The translations under genes were made by a program, and so were the position numbers. Below are positions 44,201 through 62,555 of a stretch of DNA of 64,000 nucleotides, piece by piece (the first letter of the stretch is position 1; each line of letters opens with the position of its first letter). The notes beneath the pieces were generated by a model that saw nothing but the letters and a program-made list of their open reading frames with translations, did not search any database and was not told the DNA's origin. This DNA comes from Eledone cirrhosa (taxonomy: Eukaryota), in contig OZ024741.1 of NCBI GenBank assembly GCA_964016885.1, positions 52,080,001 through 52,144,000 of the forward strand, given 5' to 3'.

Positions 44201-44679
44201 CATCCAATAACAGCATATACACATGTATAGATACTAAGCATATACACATGCACACATACAACTCAAAACACCCACATCCACACATACAATAACATCCATA
44301 TCTACACATGCATGCATACATACATATCTACCTAGTTGATGTTGTGTAAATTCCAATGAGAGTCTTGTGTCTATGTTAGAAACCGACTCTCTCTCTATTG
44401 GGAAACAATTTGTGAAATTATAAAACCAGAAGAACATACATACATTCTTACATACAATATTACATTTTATTCTATTTTCATTGTATTTGTATATATTTAA
44501 TTATAGTTATATTTATTGATTAAAAAAAAAGTTTTATATTTCCAAATATTTCGGCAACATAAGCAAGAATGACATCGGTTGTTATGGATAGGTTGGTGAT
44601 ATGTGTTTAAGGAAAGGAGAAGAGAGAAATGAGAAGGAGAGGAGAAATAGGGAGAAGGGGATGGGGGTGGAGGACGAGA

Positions 44680-44715
<36 letters not shown>

Positions 44716-44808
44716 AGGAAGTGAGGGAAAGAGAGAAGAAGAGAGAGAACATATAAAAAATATATAAAATCAGTAAAACAATGAAACGATATATTCAGTG
44801 AAATAAGA

Positions 44809-44848
<40 letters not shown>

Positions 44849-44911
44849 GTCCCAAGGCTCTGATACCATCAACACTATACACACAGAGCTGGCATATCTA
44901 AGAACTGACTA

Positions 44912-44967
44912 ACTGCCTGATGAGGTCATAGCCATTCAATGGCTATCATCGAAATATATATAGCAGT
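44912..44967 (+). ncRNA. Minimal type I hammerhead ribozyme
   Basis: ACUGC-CUGAUGA-GGUcAUAGCCAU(UCA)AUGGCUAUcAUC-GAAA-U(AUAU)A-UA-GCAGU; complete core, perfect stem I, long stem II. Confidence 0.85.
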
Positions 44968-45008
44968 AAATAAAGGATTATGAGTTCATGCAATGGACTT
45001 ATGTTTCG

Positions 45009-45107
<99 letters not shown>

Positions 45108-45146
45108 ATATTAAATAAATGGAAACTATATTTATAAAATCATATT

Positions 45147-45209
45147 TATTTTATTATATATATTTCAAGGGTACCAAGACACATTGGTGCGCTTTCCTCA
45201 GATAAAATA
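45147..45209 (-). ncRNA. Minimal type I hammerhead ribozyme (family A)
   Basis: UAUUUUAU-CUGAGGA-AAG..ACCAA..UUGGU..CUU-GAAA-U(AUAU)A-UA-AUAAAAUA. Confidence 0.8.
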
Positions 45210-46088
45210 CAAAGTTTATTTCATAAATAGAGACATACCCATGAAAATCATACCTTATCGGTTGGATATTCTCTGGATAGTATTTATATTTGCCGGAATT
45301 CCAACAAATTAGATACCACTTCTACTTATATATATATATATATATATATAGAAAGATTTGAATGGATACAGTTTAGTTGAAAGGAATTTATTGACACGTG
45401 TTTCTATAACAGTTACATAACCTAAAACAGCTATCTACAAACTTTTAGTTATGCAGACATTCAATATTTCAATGTTATTATTTACTGTCATTTCATCAGA
45501 ATAATATTACTGAGGACCTATTTAGTTTTTATAGAGAATATTAGGAGGGAGGGGTGAAGTTGTTAGAAGAATAGTTGAAGGAGTGGTTTTTCGATAGCAG
45601 TGAGAATTCTTGGTGGCAGTGAGTAATTAGATTCCCATCTGTTGTTTTGACATTTTTTATGGAATATATTATTGGTTATTTTTCTAAATCTATAGAAGGA
45701 TTAGAGATAGTAAAGATATGCGTGGTTGGTTTTGTGTTTGCACTTAACATTCAGACTTAAATTTTTCTTTCAAGTGTACGTATTCTTTCACCCACGCATT
45801 CACACAAATATATTTGCACACCTCTACAAAACACATATACTCACAATTCACATATTCATACTTACATATATATACACATGCATACACATATATATACACA
45901 CATGTATTCATGTACATACATACGCGCTCATGTGTATACATTTTCATACTCAACTTATCTTTATATATACACACGTATAGACACACACATATATACATAC
46001 ATACTCTAGTCCATGTGTACACACATACGCATACATACACATCCACATACACATACATACATACACATATATATATATATATATACAT

Positions 46089-46139
<51 letters not shown>

Positions 46140-46710
46140 CCCACACACACACATATACACATACACACATATATATATATATATATATAAGCACTTTAAT
46201 ACATGAATACACTTACATCTAACTATACACATCAAACATATATATATATTTACTTATTTATATACATTTTCACATATATATACATACTTATGGACGTTTT
46301 TAGACACATTCATTATCGCATATTTGTACCTATTCTCATCAGCATATCTTTTCATTATTAGTATGGTAATTTAAGGTTATTAATATATGTTGAGAAGAGA
46401 TTGTTTTTATATTTTTCTAACTAGATTAAGGTTTATATAGTTGGGGGATGTCCCTCTTTTATGTAATATTCGGCTTGTAGTGGGAAAAAAGGGTTTTAGT
46501 TCTGTGACGGCAGAATAATGTTCGTTCAATTCTGTTATTCAGCAGTTTCTTCTTGTGTGTGATTATGTAATAAATCTCAAGATTACACAATTTGCAGAAA
46601 TTTTGGCTCCTGGAAAAGCTTTGGGTTTTAGCTAATTTTTCCCATTTTAGGGTAAACTTTTGATTGCTATCCCTGAGCGTCCAAGCTTTTTCTGCTAAAG
46701 TTGTTACATT

Positions 46711-46960
46711 TGTAACAACTTTAGCAGAAAAAGCTTGGACGCTCAGGGATAGCAATCAAAAGTTTACCCTAAAATGGGAAAAATTAGCTAAAACCCAAAG
46801 CTTTTCCAGGAGCCAAAATTTCTGCAAATTGTGTAATCTTGAGATTTATTACATAATCACACACAAGAAGAAACTGCTGAATAACAGAATTGAACGAACA
46901 TTATTCTGCCGTCACAGAACTAAAACCCTTTTTTCCCACTACAAGCCGAATATTACATAA
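46711..46960 (+). pseudogene. PLE GIY-YIG C-terminal half (mirror copy 46459-46708 on minus)
   Basis: TTLAEKAWTLRD...LKWEKL...CKLCNLEIYYI...LLNNRIE...CRH aligns with the 22317-22613 domain. Confidence 0.8.
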
Positions 46961-47279
46961 AAGAGGGACATCCCCCAACTATATAAACCTTAATCTAGTT
47001 AGAAAAATATAAAAACAATCTCTTCTCAACATATATTAATAACCTTAAATTACCATACTAATAATGAAAAGATATGCTGATGAGAATAGGTACAAATATG
47101 CGATAATGAATGTGTCTAAAAACGTCCATAAGTATGTATATATATGTGAAAATGTATATAAATAAGTAAATATATATATATGTTTGATGTGTATAGTTAG
47201 ATGTAAGTGTATTCATGTATTAAAGTGCTTATATATATATATATATATATGTGTGTATGTGTATATGTGTGTGTGTGGG

Positions 47280-47332
<53 letters not shown>

Positions 47333-47917
47333 ATGTATATATATATATATATATGTGTATGTATGTATGTGTATGTGGATGTGTATGTATGCGTATGTGT
47401 GTACACATGGACTAGAGTATGTATGTATATATGTGTGTGTCTATACGTGTGTATATATAAAGATAAGTTGAGTATGAAAATGTATACACATGAGCGCGTA
47501 TGTATGTACATGAATACATGTGTGTATATATATGTGTATGCATGTGTATATATATGTAAGTATGAATATGTGAATTGTGAGTATATGTGTTTTGTAGAGG
47601 TGTGCAAATATATTTGTGTGAATGCGTGGGTGAAAGAATACGTACACTTGAAAGAAAAATTTAAGTCTGAATGTTAAGTGCAAACACAAAACCAACCACG
47701 CATATCTTTACTATCTCTAATCCTTCTATAGATTTAGAAAAATAACCAATAATATATTCCATAAAAAATGTCAAAACAACAGATGGGAATCTAATTACTC
47801 ACTGCCACCAAGAATTCTCACTGCTATCGAAAAACCACTCCTTCAACTATTCTTCTAACAACTTCACCCCTCCCTCCTAATATTCTCTATAAAAACTAAA
47901 TAGGTCCTCAGTAATAT

Positions 47918-47970
47918 TATTCTGATGAAATGACAGTAAATAATAACATTGAAATATTGAATGTCTGCAT
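47918..47970 (+). ncRNA. Hammerhead-like motif in the palindrome arm (mirror at 45456-45499, minus)
   Basis: CUGAUGA-AAUG...CAUU-GAAA-UAU(UGA)AUG-UC; stem I poor. Confidence 0.5.
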
Positions 47971-48180
47971 AACTAAAAGTTTGTAGATAGCTGTTTTAGG
48001 TTATGTAACTGTTATAGAAACACGTGTCAATAAATTCCTTTCAACTAAACTGTATCCATTCAAATCTTTCTATTTTTCTCCGGATTACTTTTGGAACTAC
48101 AACTGGAACCGTCGAGCAAACTCTGCGTGAGCTGATAATCTACTGTGTGTAATATTTATATTACAACACAACGGAAAATA

Positions 48181-48247
<67 letters not shown>

Positions 48248-48276
48248 AAAGAATAGAGGTGTAACACACAAGTTAT

Positions 48277-48670
48277 TATATATTGGTAAACGGAATAGAA
48301 AATGCTGACAAATTGTTCACAGTTGAAAAATGGTTTAATTAGGAATAAAAGAGTATTAGTGATTGTATGGGTTAGTATTCAGTTGTGGTTTTAAGTTTTT
48401 AAGTTTTTACCGGTTGCGCATTTCTAAATGCTTTTCAAAAATAATTTTGAGATAGAGTGTCCGTGCTGTTTGCTCTGATCTGAGCAAACAGCACGGACAA
48501 TCTATCTCAAAATTATTTTTGAAAAGCATTTAGAAATGCGCAACCGGTAAAAACTTAAAAACTTAAAACCACAACTGAATACTAACCCATACAATCACTA
48601 ATACTCTTTTATTCCTAATTAAACCATTTTTCAACTGTGAACAATTTGTCAGCATTTTCTATTCCGTTTA

Positions 48671-48678
<8 letters not shown>
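48277..48678. repeat. Fold-back palindrome, about 200-bp arms, next to (TA)n tracts
   Basis: Centre GTTTGCTC-TGATCT-GAGCAAAC near 48478. Confidence 0.95.
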
Positions 48679-48740
<62 letters not shown>

Positions 48741-48871
48741 TAAAAAACAAAAACAATAACAAAGATTGCAGTACGAACAGTGTTGGTATTAGGTTCACGC
48801 TTGAGATATATACATACATAAACAGAAAGATAGATAGCTAGAGAAAGATATATATAGATATATATAATTAT

Positions 48872-49151
48872 AAATGTAAGCTGTCGCCGTATTTTGACTA
48901 AAGAAATTAAAGAAATTATTTAGCCTGATAGAGGGGTTAAGAACCCTTGGAGAAATGGAAAAAGATGAGTATTGACGTACACGTACGTAAACACTTATCT
49001 TTTTCCATTTCTCCAAGGGTTCTTAACCCCTCTATCAGGCTAGTACGTCAATACTATCTTTTTCCATTTCTCCAAGGGTTCTTAACCCCTCTATCAGGCT
49101 AAATAATTTTCTTTAATTTCTTTAGTCAAAATACGGCGACAGCTTACATTT
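48872..49151. repeat. Fold-back with an internal re-duplicated segment
   Basis: 48872-48980 is the reverse complement of 49043-49151; an extra copy of ATCTTTTTCC...TATCAGGCTA lies between. Confidence 0.9.
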
Positions 49152-50040
49152 TTTCAATGAATTTTCAAGTATTTTGTCTAGAATTTTTAATATTTTATAA
49201 TCTTAATTTTTCAATGGTTTTAATATTTTCTTATACTTTTAATAATTTTTAATTTTTTAATTATTTAATATTAGAGTTATAACCAATAACTAACTCTGGC
49301 TAAATATATCTTTAAACATATCTTTGTCAAAATAATCTCATAATAACTAATAAATAAACAAAACTGGGATTTTCAATATTTTTCCAATGTAAAACATTAA
49401 AAACATATAAGTAATCTTAATTTAATTTAATTTAATTTAAATACTTACACTAAATATAAACTAGTATCCCTCATAATTTATCATCTATAACATGATATAC
49501 CCATCTATCCACTCATATATCTATCCTTATATCTATCCTTATATCTATATTTTATCCTATGCTTCTACTTCATATTTATTTTAAATCTATTTTTTTATAT
49601 ATTTTAATATATTTTAATATATTTTGATATATCTTTATTTTTTCTATATATCTAATTTTCTATATACTTATAATAGTAAATAAATATTTATTATAATAGA
49701 ATTCTAACAATTATTAGTAAATATACGTAACATAAATATGTAACATAAACATAAGACTTATTTACGTTATATGAGCTCATCCTGGGATAAGCTTCTTTCT
49801 TCGCTCTTTCTTCACTCTATTTCTTCACTCTATTTCTACATACTAATATTTTACTTTTCTCTCTCTTCTTCCCACAGCGTAATTTAAATAAACGGTTGTT
49901 TTTTACAATTTTTCGGACATTCATTTCCATATTCACACATAACTTTGAATTACCCTTAATAAAGTTTCACTATCCAGCGAATTTTCAACAGTCAAGGTTG
50001 TTTTCCATGGTTATGTCACTATTTATAAAACAAATTTTTG

Positions 50041-50105
50041 TATTTTATCTGATGAAAGCGCACCAAGATTGGCTTGGTTGCCCTTGAAATATATATAATG
50101 AAATA
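50041..50105 (+). ncRNA. Minimal type I hammerhead ribozyme (family A)
   Basis: UAUUUUAU-CUGAUGA-AAG-cGCACCAAG(AUUGG)CUUGGUuGCc-CUU-GAAA-U(AUAU)A-UA-AUGAAAUA. Confidence 0.82.
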
Positions 50106-50147
50106 ATTATGGTTTTATAAATATAGTTTCCATGTATTAATATATTG

Positions 50148-50330
50148 GAGGATTGGCAGTACCAGTAGAGGGTCGGACGCCATGCTTTGACGCATAGAGT
50201 TACGGCCCTTGCCATTCTGAGTTCAAATCCCGCCGAGGTTAACTTTGCCTTTCATCCTTTCGGGGTCGATAAAATAAAGTACCAGTAATACACTGGGTTA
50301 ATTGCTGGCCGTGTGCCAAAAGTAGAAACA
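50148..50330 (+). mobile_element. SINE family 1 with 12-bp TSD
   Basis: TSD ATTAATATATTG at 50136-50147 and 50331-50342. Confidence 0.88.
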
Positions 50331-50972
50331 ATTAATATATTGTATATATATATATACAGAGAGGGAGAGAGAGAGAGAGAGAGAGCCAATGGGGACAACT
50401 GTAACTTTAGACGTTGTGACATTTACTCTGAGAGATATAGTGACCTTTGTTCATCTATCGATTTATTTTCTTTTAAACCATTCTACCGCACACAAAAATA
50501 TCAGAATATTGATTTTTGGGGATTATGTTTTGGACACAGTATTGGACTGTGTGAAGACACTGTGTATATAGACCACATCCGACTACAAATGTTCCAGTTT
50601 CCCTCGCCGTTCTCCAGGTCAATGAACTCTCCATCCTGTCTCCCGGGACCCAGGGGCGGAAGGTAAGTTAGTTGGTAGTGGAGGATACTCGTTCGGACGC
50701 CACTTTCACTCATATTTCAAAAACAAAGAAGTTAATTTTTCCATGCATGCTTTAGGTTGACTTCTAAAACCAAAATGTCAACATACGGCAAGCGTGGGAA
50801 ATACAAAACCCTGAAAAAATTTATTCTGTTGAAATAAATTCTGTACTTAAGATCCAGGATTAACAAACATAATCTAAGCTAAAGGTAATCCAAATATTTC
50901 AGTGAAAAATATCATCAATGGCTATCTTTTTCTCTCAGTTGAGACATATATCGACAGTCGATCGACTTTCGT

Positions 50973-51165
50973 GAAGGTGCGTGGCTGAGTGGTTAGAGAA
51001 ATGGATTCGCAATTGTGAGGTTGTGAGTTCGATTCCCGGATCGGGCGATGCGTTATGTCCTTGGGCAAGACACTTTATTTCACGTTGCTCCTTGCAACCG
51101 ATAGAGAGTATTAGCAATTGGAAAGACCAATGGAAACATTGTTTCCTCGGTCCGATTTGACGAAG
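50973..51165 (+). mobile_element. tRNA-derived SINE, family 2
   Basis: GGTGCGTGGCTGAGTGGTTAG...GAGTTCGATTCC...GTCCTTGGGCAAGACACTT. Confidence 0.8.
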
Positions 51166-51634
51166 ATACATATATATCTATATAAATTTATAGATTGACA
51201 TGACTCTATGAAATGAATTTTTACCAACATTACGTTTAATTCGAGGTCATATCTCATTCGAAACCATTATAAGGGGAAAAATACATTTATTTTATGAAAG
51301 AAGAATAATTTTCCATTAATACATTTGTCTATATTTGCTCTGCATTTATATGTATAACCACTTTTCCACGCTAATATCTCTTCTTCAAATCTTTATATAT
51401 TACTAGACCACCCGTGACCCGTTGGGCGACGTTCGCTTCAAAATATATTTTTAAAAAAATCATATATATATATATAAAAAAAGAAGAAATCGAAAATGCA
51501 ACTGGAGTCTTATTTAAAAAAAAAATAAGACTCCAGTTGCATTTTCGATTTCATGTTTTTTATTTATACTTTCACTCATGTAGGACACCTCGGTTATTTT
51601 TCATTTTGTAAAAAAAATCTCATTTTCTAATATA

Positions 51635-51683
<49 letters not shown>

Positions 51684-51728
51684 CGATGAATTTGTTTTGC
51701 AAGGTTTTTGATATGAAATCGTGTGTAG

Positions 51729-52525
<797 letters not shown>

Positions 52526-52536
52526 TATATATATAT

Positions 52537-53030
52537 CGTCGGCATCACTTGTCTCCGAGTTTGGTTAATCTGGCGCACCCCACGATGCTTAAACCTGACC
52601 TGGCCTCAGAAGGCCAAGTCGGGGGTGGACATGTGGTAGTCTTGGCCGGAGTTGCCAGACCTTGCGTTGCCTTCTTTTTATCTCTTTTTCAGTTCTTCTC
52701 TTTTTCTCGAAAATGGAACAACCAAAATGAATTGCTCTTCGCCAGGATGGACGGTCAGCGGCTTTTGGTTCCTATTGTTAGGGCTGATTCCGGCTTGAAG
52801 GAGGAAATACTACAGTTGATCGTTGAATCTGCGATTTGGAGCTCCATGATGTCGCTTGCCGTTGAAGAATTCGCTGATGTCATGAAAGGGCCATTCGGGT
52901 GACATGTCCCAACCACCTGAGGCAATGCTTGAGGATGACAGCTTCAATGCTCGGCATTTCCGAGCGACTGAGGACTTCGTTGTTGGTGCATCAGTCCTGC
53001 CGTTTGATGTTGTATAACACATATTGCACA
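52537..53030 (-). mobile_element. RTE LINE 3' fragment
   Basis: Minus strand TNNEVLSRSEMPSIEAVILKHCLRWLGH. Confidence 0.7.
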
Positions 53031-53300
53031 TGTGTTAAGAAAAGTCACACTATGGGTGTTTTTTTTATAAATGTAAATCGTAGATATCACATATATATAT
53101 ATATATGAATGGACCTGTTATTTTTTATCTGAAGACATTTTTTCCAATTTCAACCCGCTCGTCCCCTCAATCTATCTTATTTCTCATTCTTTCTTCTGAT
53201 GAAGGACTAGCGTCCGAAACCTTAAGACCCTCCTCCTGGTATATCAACCTAATATATCCCTTCCATATACTGAACCGATTGTGTTGTTATTTCTGTTTAC

Positions 53301-53375
<75 letters not shown>

Positions 53376-53534
53376 AGTCGAAGTTAGCGAATTTAAGTAA
53401 TGAGGTAAGTTTGTGTCTGCAGTTAATGTGTTGTCCGGGTTTGGTCTCGGGTTTGATTTCATTTCGTTTATCATTGCGTACGTGTTAAGAAAATTCACTA
53501 CAGAGATGTTTTTTTCATAAATATAAATCGTAGA

Positions 53535-56147
<2,613 letters not shown>

Positions 56148-56264
56148 GAACCCCAAACAAAAGAGTGGAAAGCAACCAACCTCGTATTCATGTTGCCACT
56201 TATGTAAATTTGAAATTGACACAGAATCGATTGAGAACTGAAAAGAGATTTGATGCCTAAATAA

Positions 56265-57065
56265 TGGTGTTGTAGTTGTTGTGCCTGTTGTTGTGGTTGC
56301 TTTTGTTGTTGTTGTTGTTGCGTCTGTTGTTGTTGTTGTGGTTGCTTTTGGTGTTGTGGTTTTTGCGGCTGATGTTTTAGGTTGCTTCTGCTGTTGATGT
56401 TATTACTGTGTTGTTATTGTTGTTGTGTTGTTATTTTCATAGAAAGTTAGTAGTCGTTGGGACTCTGAAGTATCTTCTATTCCCGGAAAAGGAAACCCAG
56501 TTTATGATGCAGTCTTTGTTATGTTGAGGACATGTGTTTGCCAATGGGGCTGAGGCCTAATATTTATAGCGCTTTTGTGAGTTTTAGTTGTTGTTGTTAT
56601 TATTGTTGCTTCTGTGTTGTTGTTGTCGAGGATGATGATGATGATATGGCTGTTGTGGTTGCTGTTGTAGCTGTTGTTGTTATTGATATTGTGGTTGTTG
56701 TTATTGTTGTTGTTGTTTTTGTGGTTGTTGTTATTAAGGTTATGTTATAGTTGTTGGTGTTGATACTGTGGTTGTTGTTGTTGTTATTAAGGCTATGTTA
56801 TAGTTGTTGGTGTTGATACTGTGGTTGTTGATATTGTTGTTGTTGTTGATATTGTTGTGGTTGTTGTTGCTGTTATTATGGTTTTGTTGTTATTGTTGGT
56901 GTTCTGGCTGTTTTTCATATTGTTGTGGCTGATTGTTGTGGCTGTTGTTGATATTGTTGTGGTTGTTATTGTTTTTGTGGTTGTTGCTATGGTTATGTTG
57001 TTAATGTTGGTCGTGTGGCTGTTGTTGTAGTTGTTGTTGTTGTTGTTGATATTGTTGTTGTTATG
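56265..57065. repeat. Degenerate (GTT)n low-complexity tract
   Basis: Direct reading. Confidence 0.85.
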
Positions 57066-57199
57066 TGCTGCTCAAGTTTAAGATGAGTGATGTAATATTG
57101 TGTAGCGATTGTTTGTTTTTTGCTGTTGAAGGAGGTAATGTACCAGCTTCGACACACGGTCACTAGAAGAAGGTGGGTGTAAAAAACAAACTCCCTATT

Positions 57200-57600
57200 T
57201 TCAATTCGGTGTTCGGGCATACCCTATAGTTATGGATCTTAGGTAGTGACCGAAAGAATACAAGCAGCCCAATTGGGGTTCCTCTGGAGTAACATTACTC
57301 GATAGGGTGCGTAACTCAAAGATAAGTATGTCTCACCAGGTAGAGCCGCAACTTCTTCGAATTGAGAGATCACAGCTCGGGTACTGCGGACATGTGCTTA
57401 GAATGTCCTACGAAAGAATCGCTGAACAGATTTTACAGGCAAAGCCAACCGGCAGGAGTCCCAGTGGTAGACTACGAGCAAGATGGTTGGATTAACATCT
57501 ATGAGTTCGGTTGGCCTCGTTTGGGGATCCAGCCGGATCAATTAGAGACGGTTGATTGGGTGTGGTAGGACCCTCTAGAAGGCGTGTCTGAGGACTCAGT
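57200..57600 (+). mobile_element. RTE (Expander/Rex3-like) 3' fragment
   Basis: VEPQLLRIERSQLGYCGHVLRM...PTGRSPSGRLRARWLD. Confidence 0.7.
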
Positions 57601-58480
57601 CGCCATGGTCCTAATGTTTCTAAAAAACATCTTTATTGAGGATGTTTTTGAGGTCACAGTTAATGAATTCGGTGTAGATTTGTCACGAGGTATCTCGGTT
57701 GCTCATGGTTGACGACTGTGTGCGAATGTTAGAGATGAAAGAAGAGTTTTAGCGATATTTGTTGCAAATATAAATTCGCCATTGTAAATGGCGACTAAAA
57801 ACAACATCGCTGAACAGGACAGCTTCAAAAATCGAAGCTCCCCACCCACCACCACCACAAAAAAGGTAAACAGAATCTTAGTTATAGTTATAGAGGAAAT
57901 CGGAATTATGAATTGAAGTCATATATTATTGTAGTTATGAATGTAATACTGACTTATATAATTATAAAATTACACAAAAAGACCCTTCTGTTGGCTATAT
58001 GAATAGAATAAAAATAGACTGGGACGAACTTAATCCAGGGCTAAATTATTTCACGACGAAGCAAGTAAGTTAGCGACATTTATTGAACGCAAGATCAAGG
58101 TTGTTGATTACAATTTAATTCCCAAAGGTGAGAAGAGCACACACACACACGCACACACGCATACACACACACATACATGCACACGCACACACACTCAAAC
58201 ACACACACAAGCACACACACATATAGACGTACACACACACTCACACACATATACGCACACAGACATATATATATATATGCAAACATTAAATACAACACAT
58301 ACACATAGACACTCACATGTCTACCTTTTTCTATTTTCTATTTTCTAATTTCTCTACTATTGTACTCTCCTGATGAAAGACTAACGTCCCATACGTCGAA
58401 CTTTTTTTTCTCACATTCATCTAAAGCGTGAAACTTCTCTGTGGTTGTAATTTTTATTTTATATATATATATATATATAT

Positions 58481-60221
58481 AGTAATAATAATAAATTTGA
58501 AGACTAAAATCCAAAGAGGGCTCGATAAGGATAAATATATATCAAATATATAAGAACCGTAGAGCAAATATTTATTAAAATAACAGATTAAAGTTTAAGC
58601 AAAGAATCGGTGCTTTCACCCTTAACGGGATCTTCTGAAACTAACAAAGTCAATCTGTAAACGCAGAACTGGATATTTCAAAAAACGTTGCAACCGGAGG
58701 AAGACAGGAAGACGATACTTTGGTTCGTGGAAACGTTCGCTGGCTAAGAACGGGAAAAAACGAATATAATACGTCATTAATAGGAGCGGTGAAAAGCAAT
58801 TACGCGCAAAGACAGAACCACGTTTATGGTATAAAAGAGGTCGTAGACTAATGTTCTCTTAGGTGGTGCATAGAGACGTTCTCTGGCAATGAACGAAAAA
58901 ACGAAGATAATACGTCATATCGGGAGCGTGGAGAACAATAGCACGCAAAGACAAAATCACGTAAATGGTATAGCAGAAGTCGTAGACTAAATTCTAACTA
59001 GGAGACCGAATGAATCTCCGCTACAGAGTTAAGAACAAAGTAAATAAATACAATACAGAAGTAATAGAAATAAATAAATACAAACACGCAAACAAATACG
59101 TACATACACAAGCATACGCAAAAACTTACCATAGGTAAACAAAACCACGCACATATAAATATGTGCGTGTGTGTATGCGTGTCTACAAATAAATAAATAA
59201 TTATATAAACGTATATAAATAAATAAATACGTATATAACAAGCGCACACACATACCTACATGTAAATACACGAATGTTCGGAGGCGTAAGTCAACCAAAA
59301 CATGAAGTACACATATACACACGCCCTACATACGTACGAACCTGCATACTCACACAGACGCAAAACTCCCGTATACACATAGCCGAACCATATGTACCAG
59401 AAATATAAAAAAAATGATACGCCATAACAATCAAATATACGTACGCGAAGGTATACGTACCTTCACAAAACATACGGATAATATATACTTACCTATGCAA
59501 ATAAGTAAAGGTATAAACAAACATATACTTAGCTCCCACATCGAGACGTAAAATATCCACGTATAGATCGAACTATCCGTTAGGGTATAATGTGGGGCTG
59601 TAATACAGGAAAGTTTTGTGCAATTTATGTTTACAAGCCGAAATTGCCTCAGATTTTTTGTTTAAGATGTGGTCTGTGGCGTAGAGTATTTCCAGGGCCT
59701 CAGCGGCGCAGAGGTCACATGGTCTTTTATTTCCGTTATACGATCTAGCCCTAGCTAGGATCTCCCAGTGTAACTTATATTGGGTATGGTTGTCTTTTAG
59801 ACTTCAGATATAAGCTGAAAGTGACGTCATATTCCTTCTAAGAGGGTAACGAAAAGAATGGGTATGCATGTAAAGACGCTGCTTGAATCTATTGGCGGTT
59901 AACCCTATGTAGGCCCTACGGGACGTGGGTGTTACAACCTTACATTTGTAGACAATGTTACTAGAGAGGCAATTCCCGGATAGGGGGCAATCAACCCGAT
60001 TCCTACAATTACAGTTAGTATGACGTATTATATTCATTTTTTCCCGTTCTTAGCCAGCGAACGTTTCCACGAACCAAAGTATCGTCTTCCTGTCTTCCTC
60101 CGGTTGCAACGTTTTTTGAAATATCCAGTTCTGCGTTTACAGATTGACTTTGTTAGTTTCAGAAGATCCCGTTAAGGGTGAAAGCACTGATTCTTTGCTT
60201 AAACTTTAATCTGTTATTTTA

Positions 60222-60228
<7 letters not shown>
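58481..60228. mobile_element. Penelope-like element: GIY-YIG plus pLTR on minus, short inverted pLTR on plus
   Basis: CNCRNRVDCPLSGNCL..VYKC..YIGLT on minus (about 59580-60020); inverted pLTR 60020-60228; family B motifs at 58592-58642 (-) and 60155-60205 (+); (TA)n on both sides. Confidence 0.9.
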
Positions 60229-60274
<46 letters not shown>

Positions 60275-60295
60275 AGTGTGTGTGTGCGTGCGCAT

Positions 60296-60362
<67 letters not shown>

Positions 60363-60389
60363 CTCATTCATCCATCTCTTTCTCTCTAA

Positions 60390-60464
<75 letters not shown>

Positions 60465-60536
60465 GTGTTGGATGCTTAAAGCGTCCGTATGCGGTAGGCC
60501 GTATGAACACTCAATGCCCTCGTAGAGCAGAGCATG

Positions 60537-60891
60537 ATATCACAGAAAAATGAGAATCAGTGTTGCGACGAAAGGAATTTATTGGACATATTACAAATAT
60601 TTCTCGGGCGACCAGCTCGAGGCACGATCGATATGGTGATCACATCTGACTCGGAAATCAACACGGTCGGCAGATACGTCTCGATTCTACGAAGCAGATT
60701 TTCCTATGGAAGCAGATTTCCCTAGGATAATCTGCTTCGTAGAATCGAGACGTATCTGCCGACCCTGTTGATTTCAGAGTCAGGTTTGATCACCACATCG
60801 ATCGTGCCTCGAGCTGGTTGCCCGAGAAATATTTGTAATATGTCCAATAAATTCCTTTCGTCGCAACACTGATTCTCTTTTTGCTGTGATA
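60537..60891. repeat. Diverged fold-back palindrome, about 170-bp arms
   Basis: Arms are reverse complements with several substitutions; AAGCAGATT duplicated at the turn. Confidence 0.9.
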
Positions 60892-60981
60892 TATATATAT
60901 ATATGCACGTGTGATTCTGAACATGTGTGATCATATACGAGTGCATAAGCGTGCATATGCAAGTGTGAGTACGCGTGCAGG

Positions 60982-61019
<38 letters not shown>

Positions 61020-61095
61020 AGGGGGGTGTATGTGTGTGTGTGTACAGAGAGTAAGCGGGACACATACACACATACATATGTATATATATATATGC

Positions 61096-62451
<1,356 letters not shown>

Positions 62452-62489
62452 ATATTAATAAATGGAAAGTATATTTATAAAACCATAAT

Positions 62490-62555
62490 TATTTTATTAT
62501 ATATATTTCAAGGGCGACCAAGGTAAATTATGGTGCGCTTTCATCAGATAAAATA
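62490..62555 (-). ncRNA. Minimal type I hammerhead ribozyme (family A), left arm of fold-back 62446-62800
   Basis: UAUUUUAU-CUGAUGA-AAG...CUU-GAAA-U(AUAU)A-UA-AUAAAAUA. Confidence 0.8.

Larger units (their letters stand above)
45348..48073. mobile_element. About 2.7-kb near-perfect palindrome made from a 5'-truncated Penelope-like element
   Basis: Centre TTGTTACA-TT-TGTAACAA (loop 46709-46710); arms of about 1.36 kb appear to differ only in (TA)n length. Confidence 0.95.

Noticed and set aside
46664-46960. 98-aa ORFs on both strands as a bidirectional gene pair
   Set aside because: Produced by the palindrome; the N-termini are read through the hairpin axis and only the GIY-YIG C-terminal half is real.
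51402-51635. Possible minus-strand Helitron remnant with an internal hairpin (51487-51551)
   Set aside because: A CTAG end is present, but the terminal hairpin and 5' TC are not clear enough to call.
53190-53230. CTGATGA-A-GGAC(TAGC)GTCC-GAAAC, with related remnants near 58370 and 31870
   Set aside because: Core and stem II only; no UH or stem I here and GAAA is lost in the others. Probably decayed HHRs, so not called.
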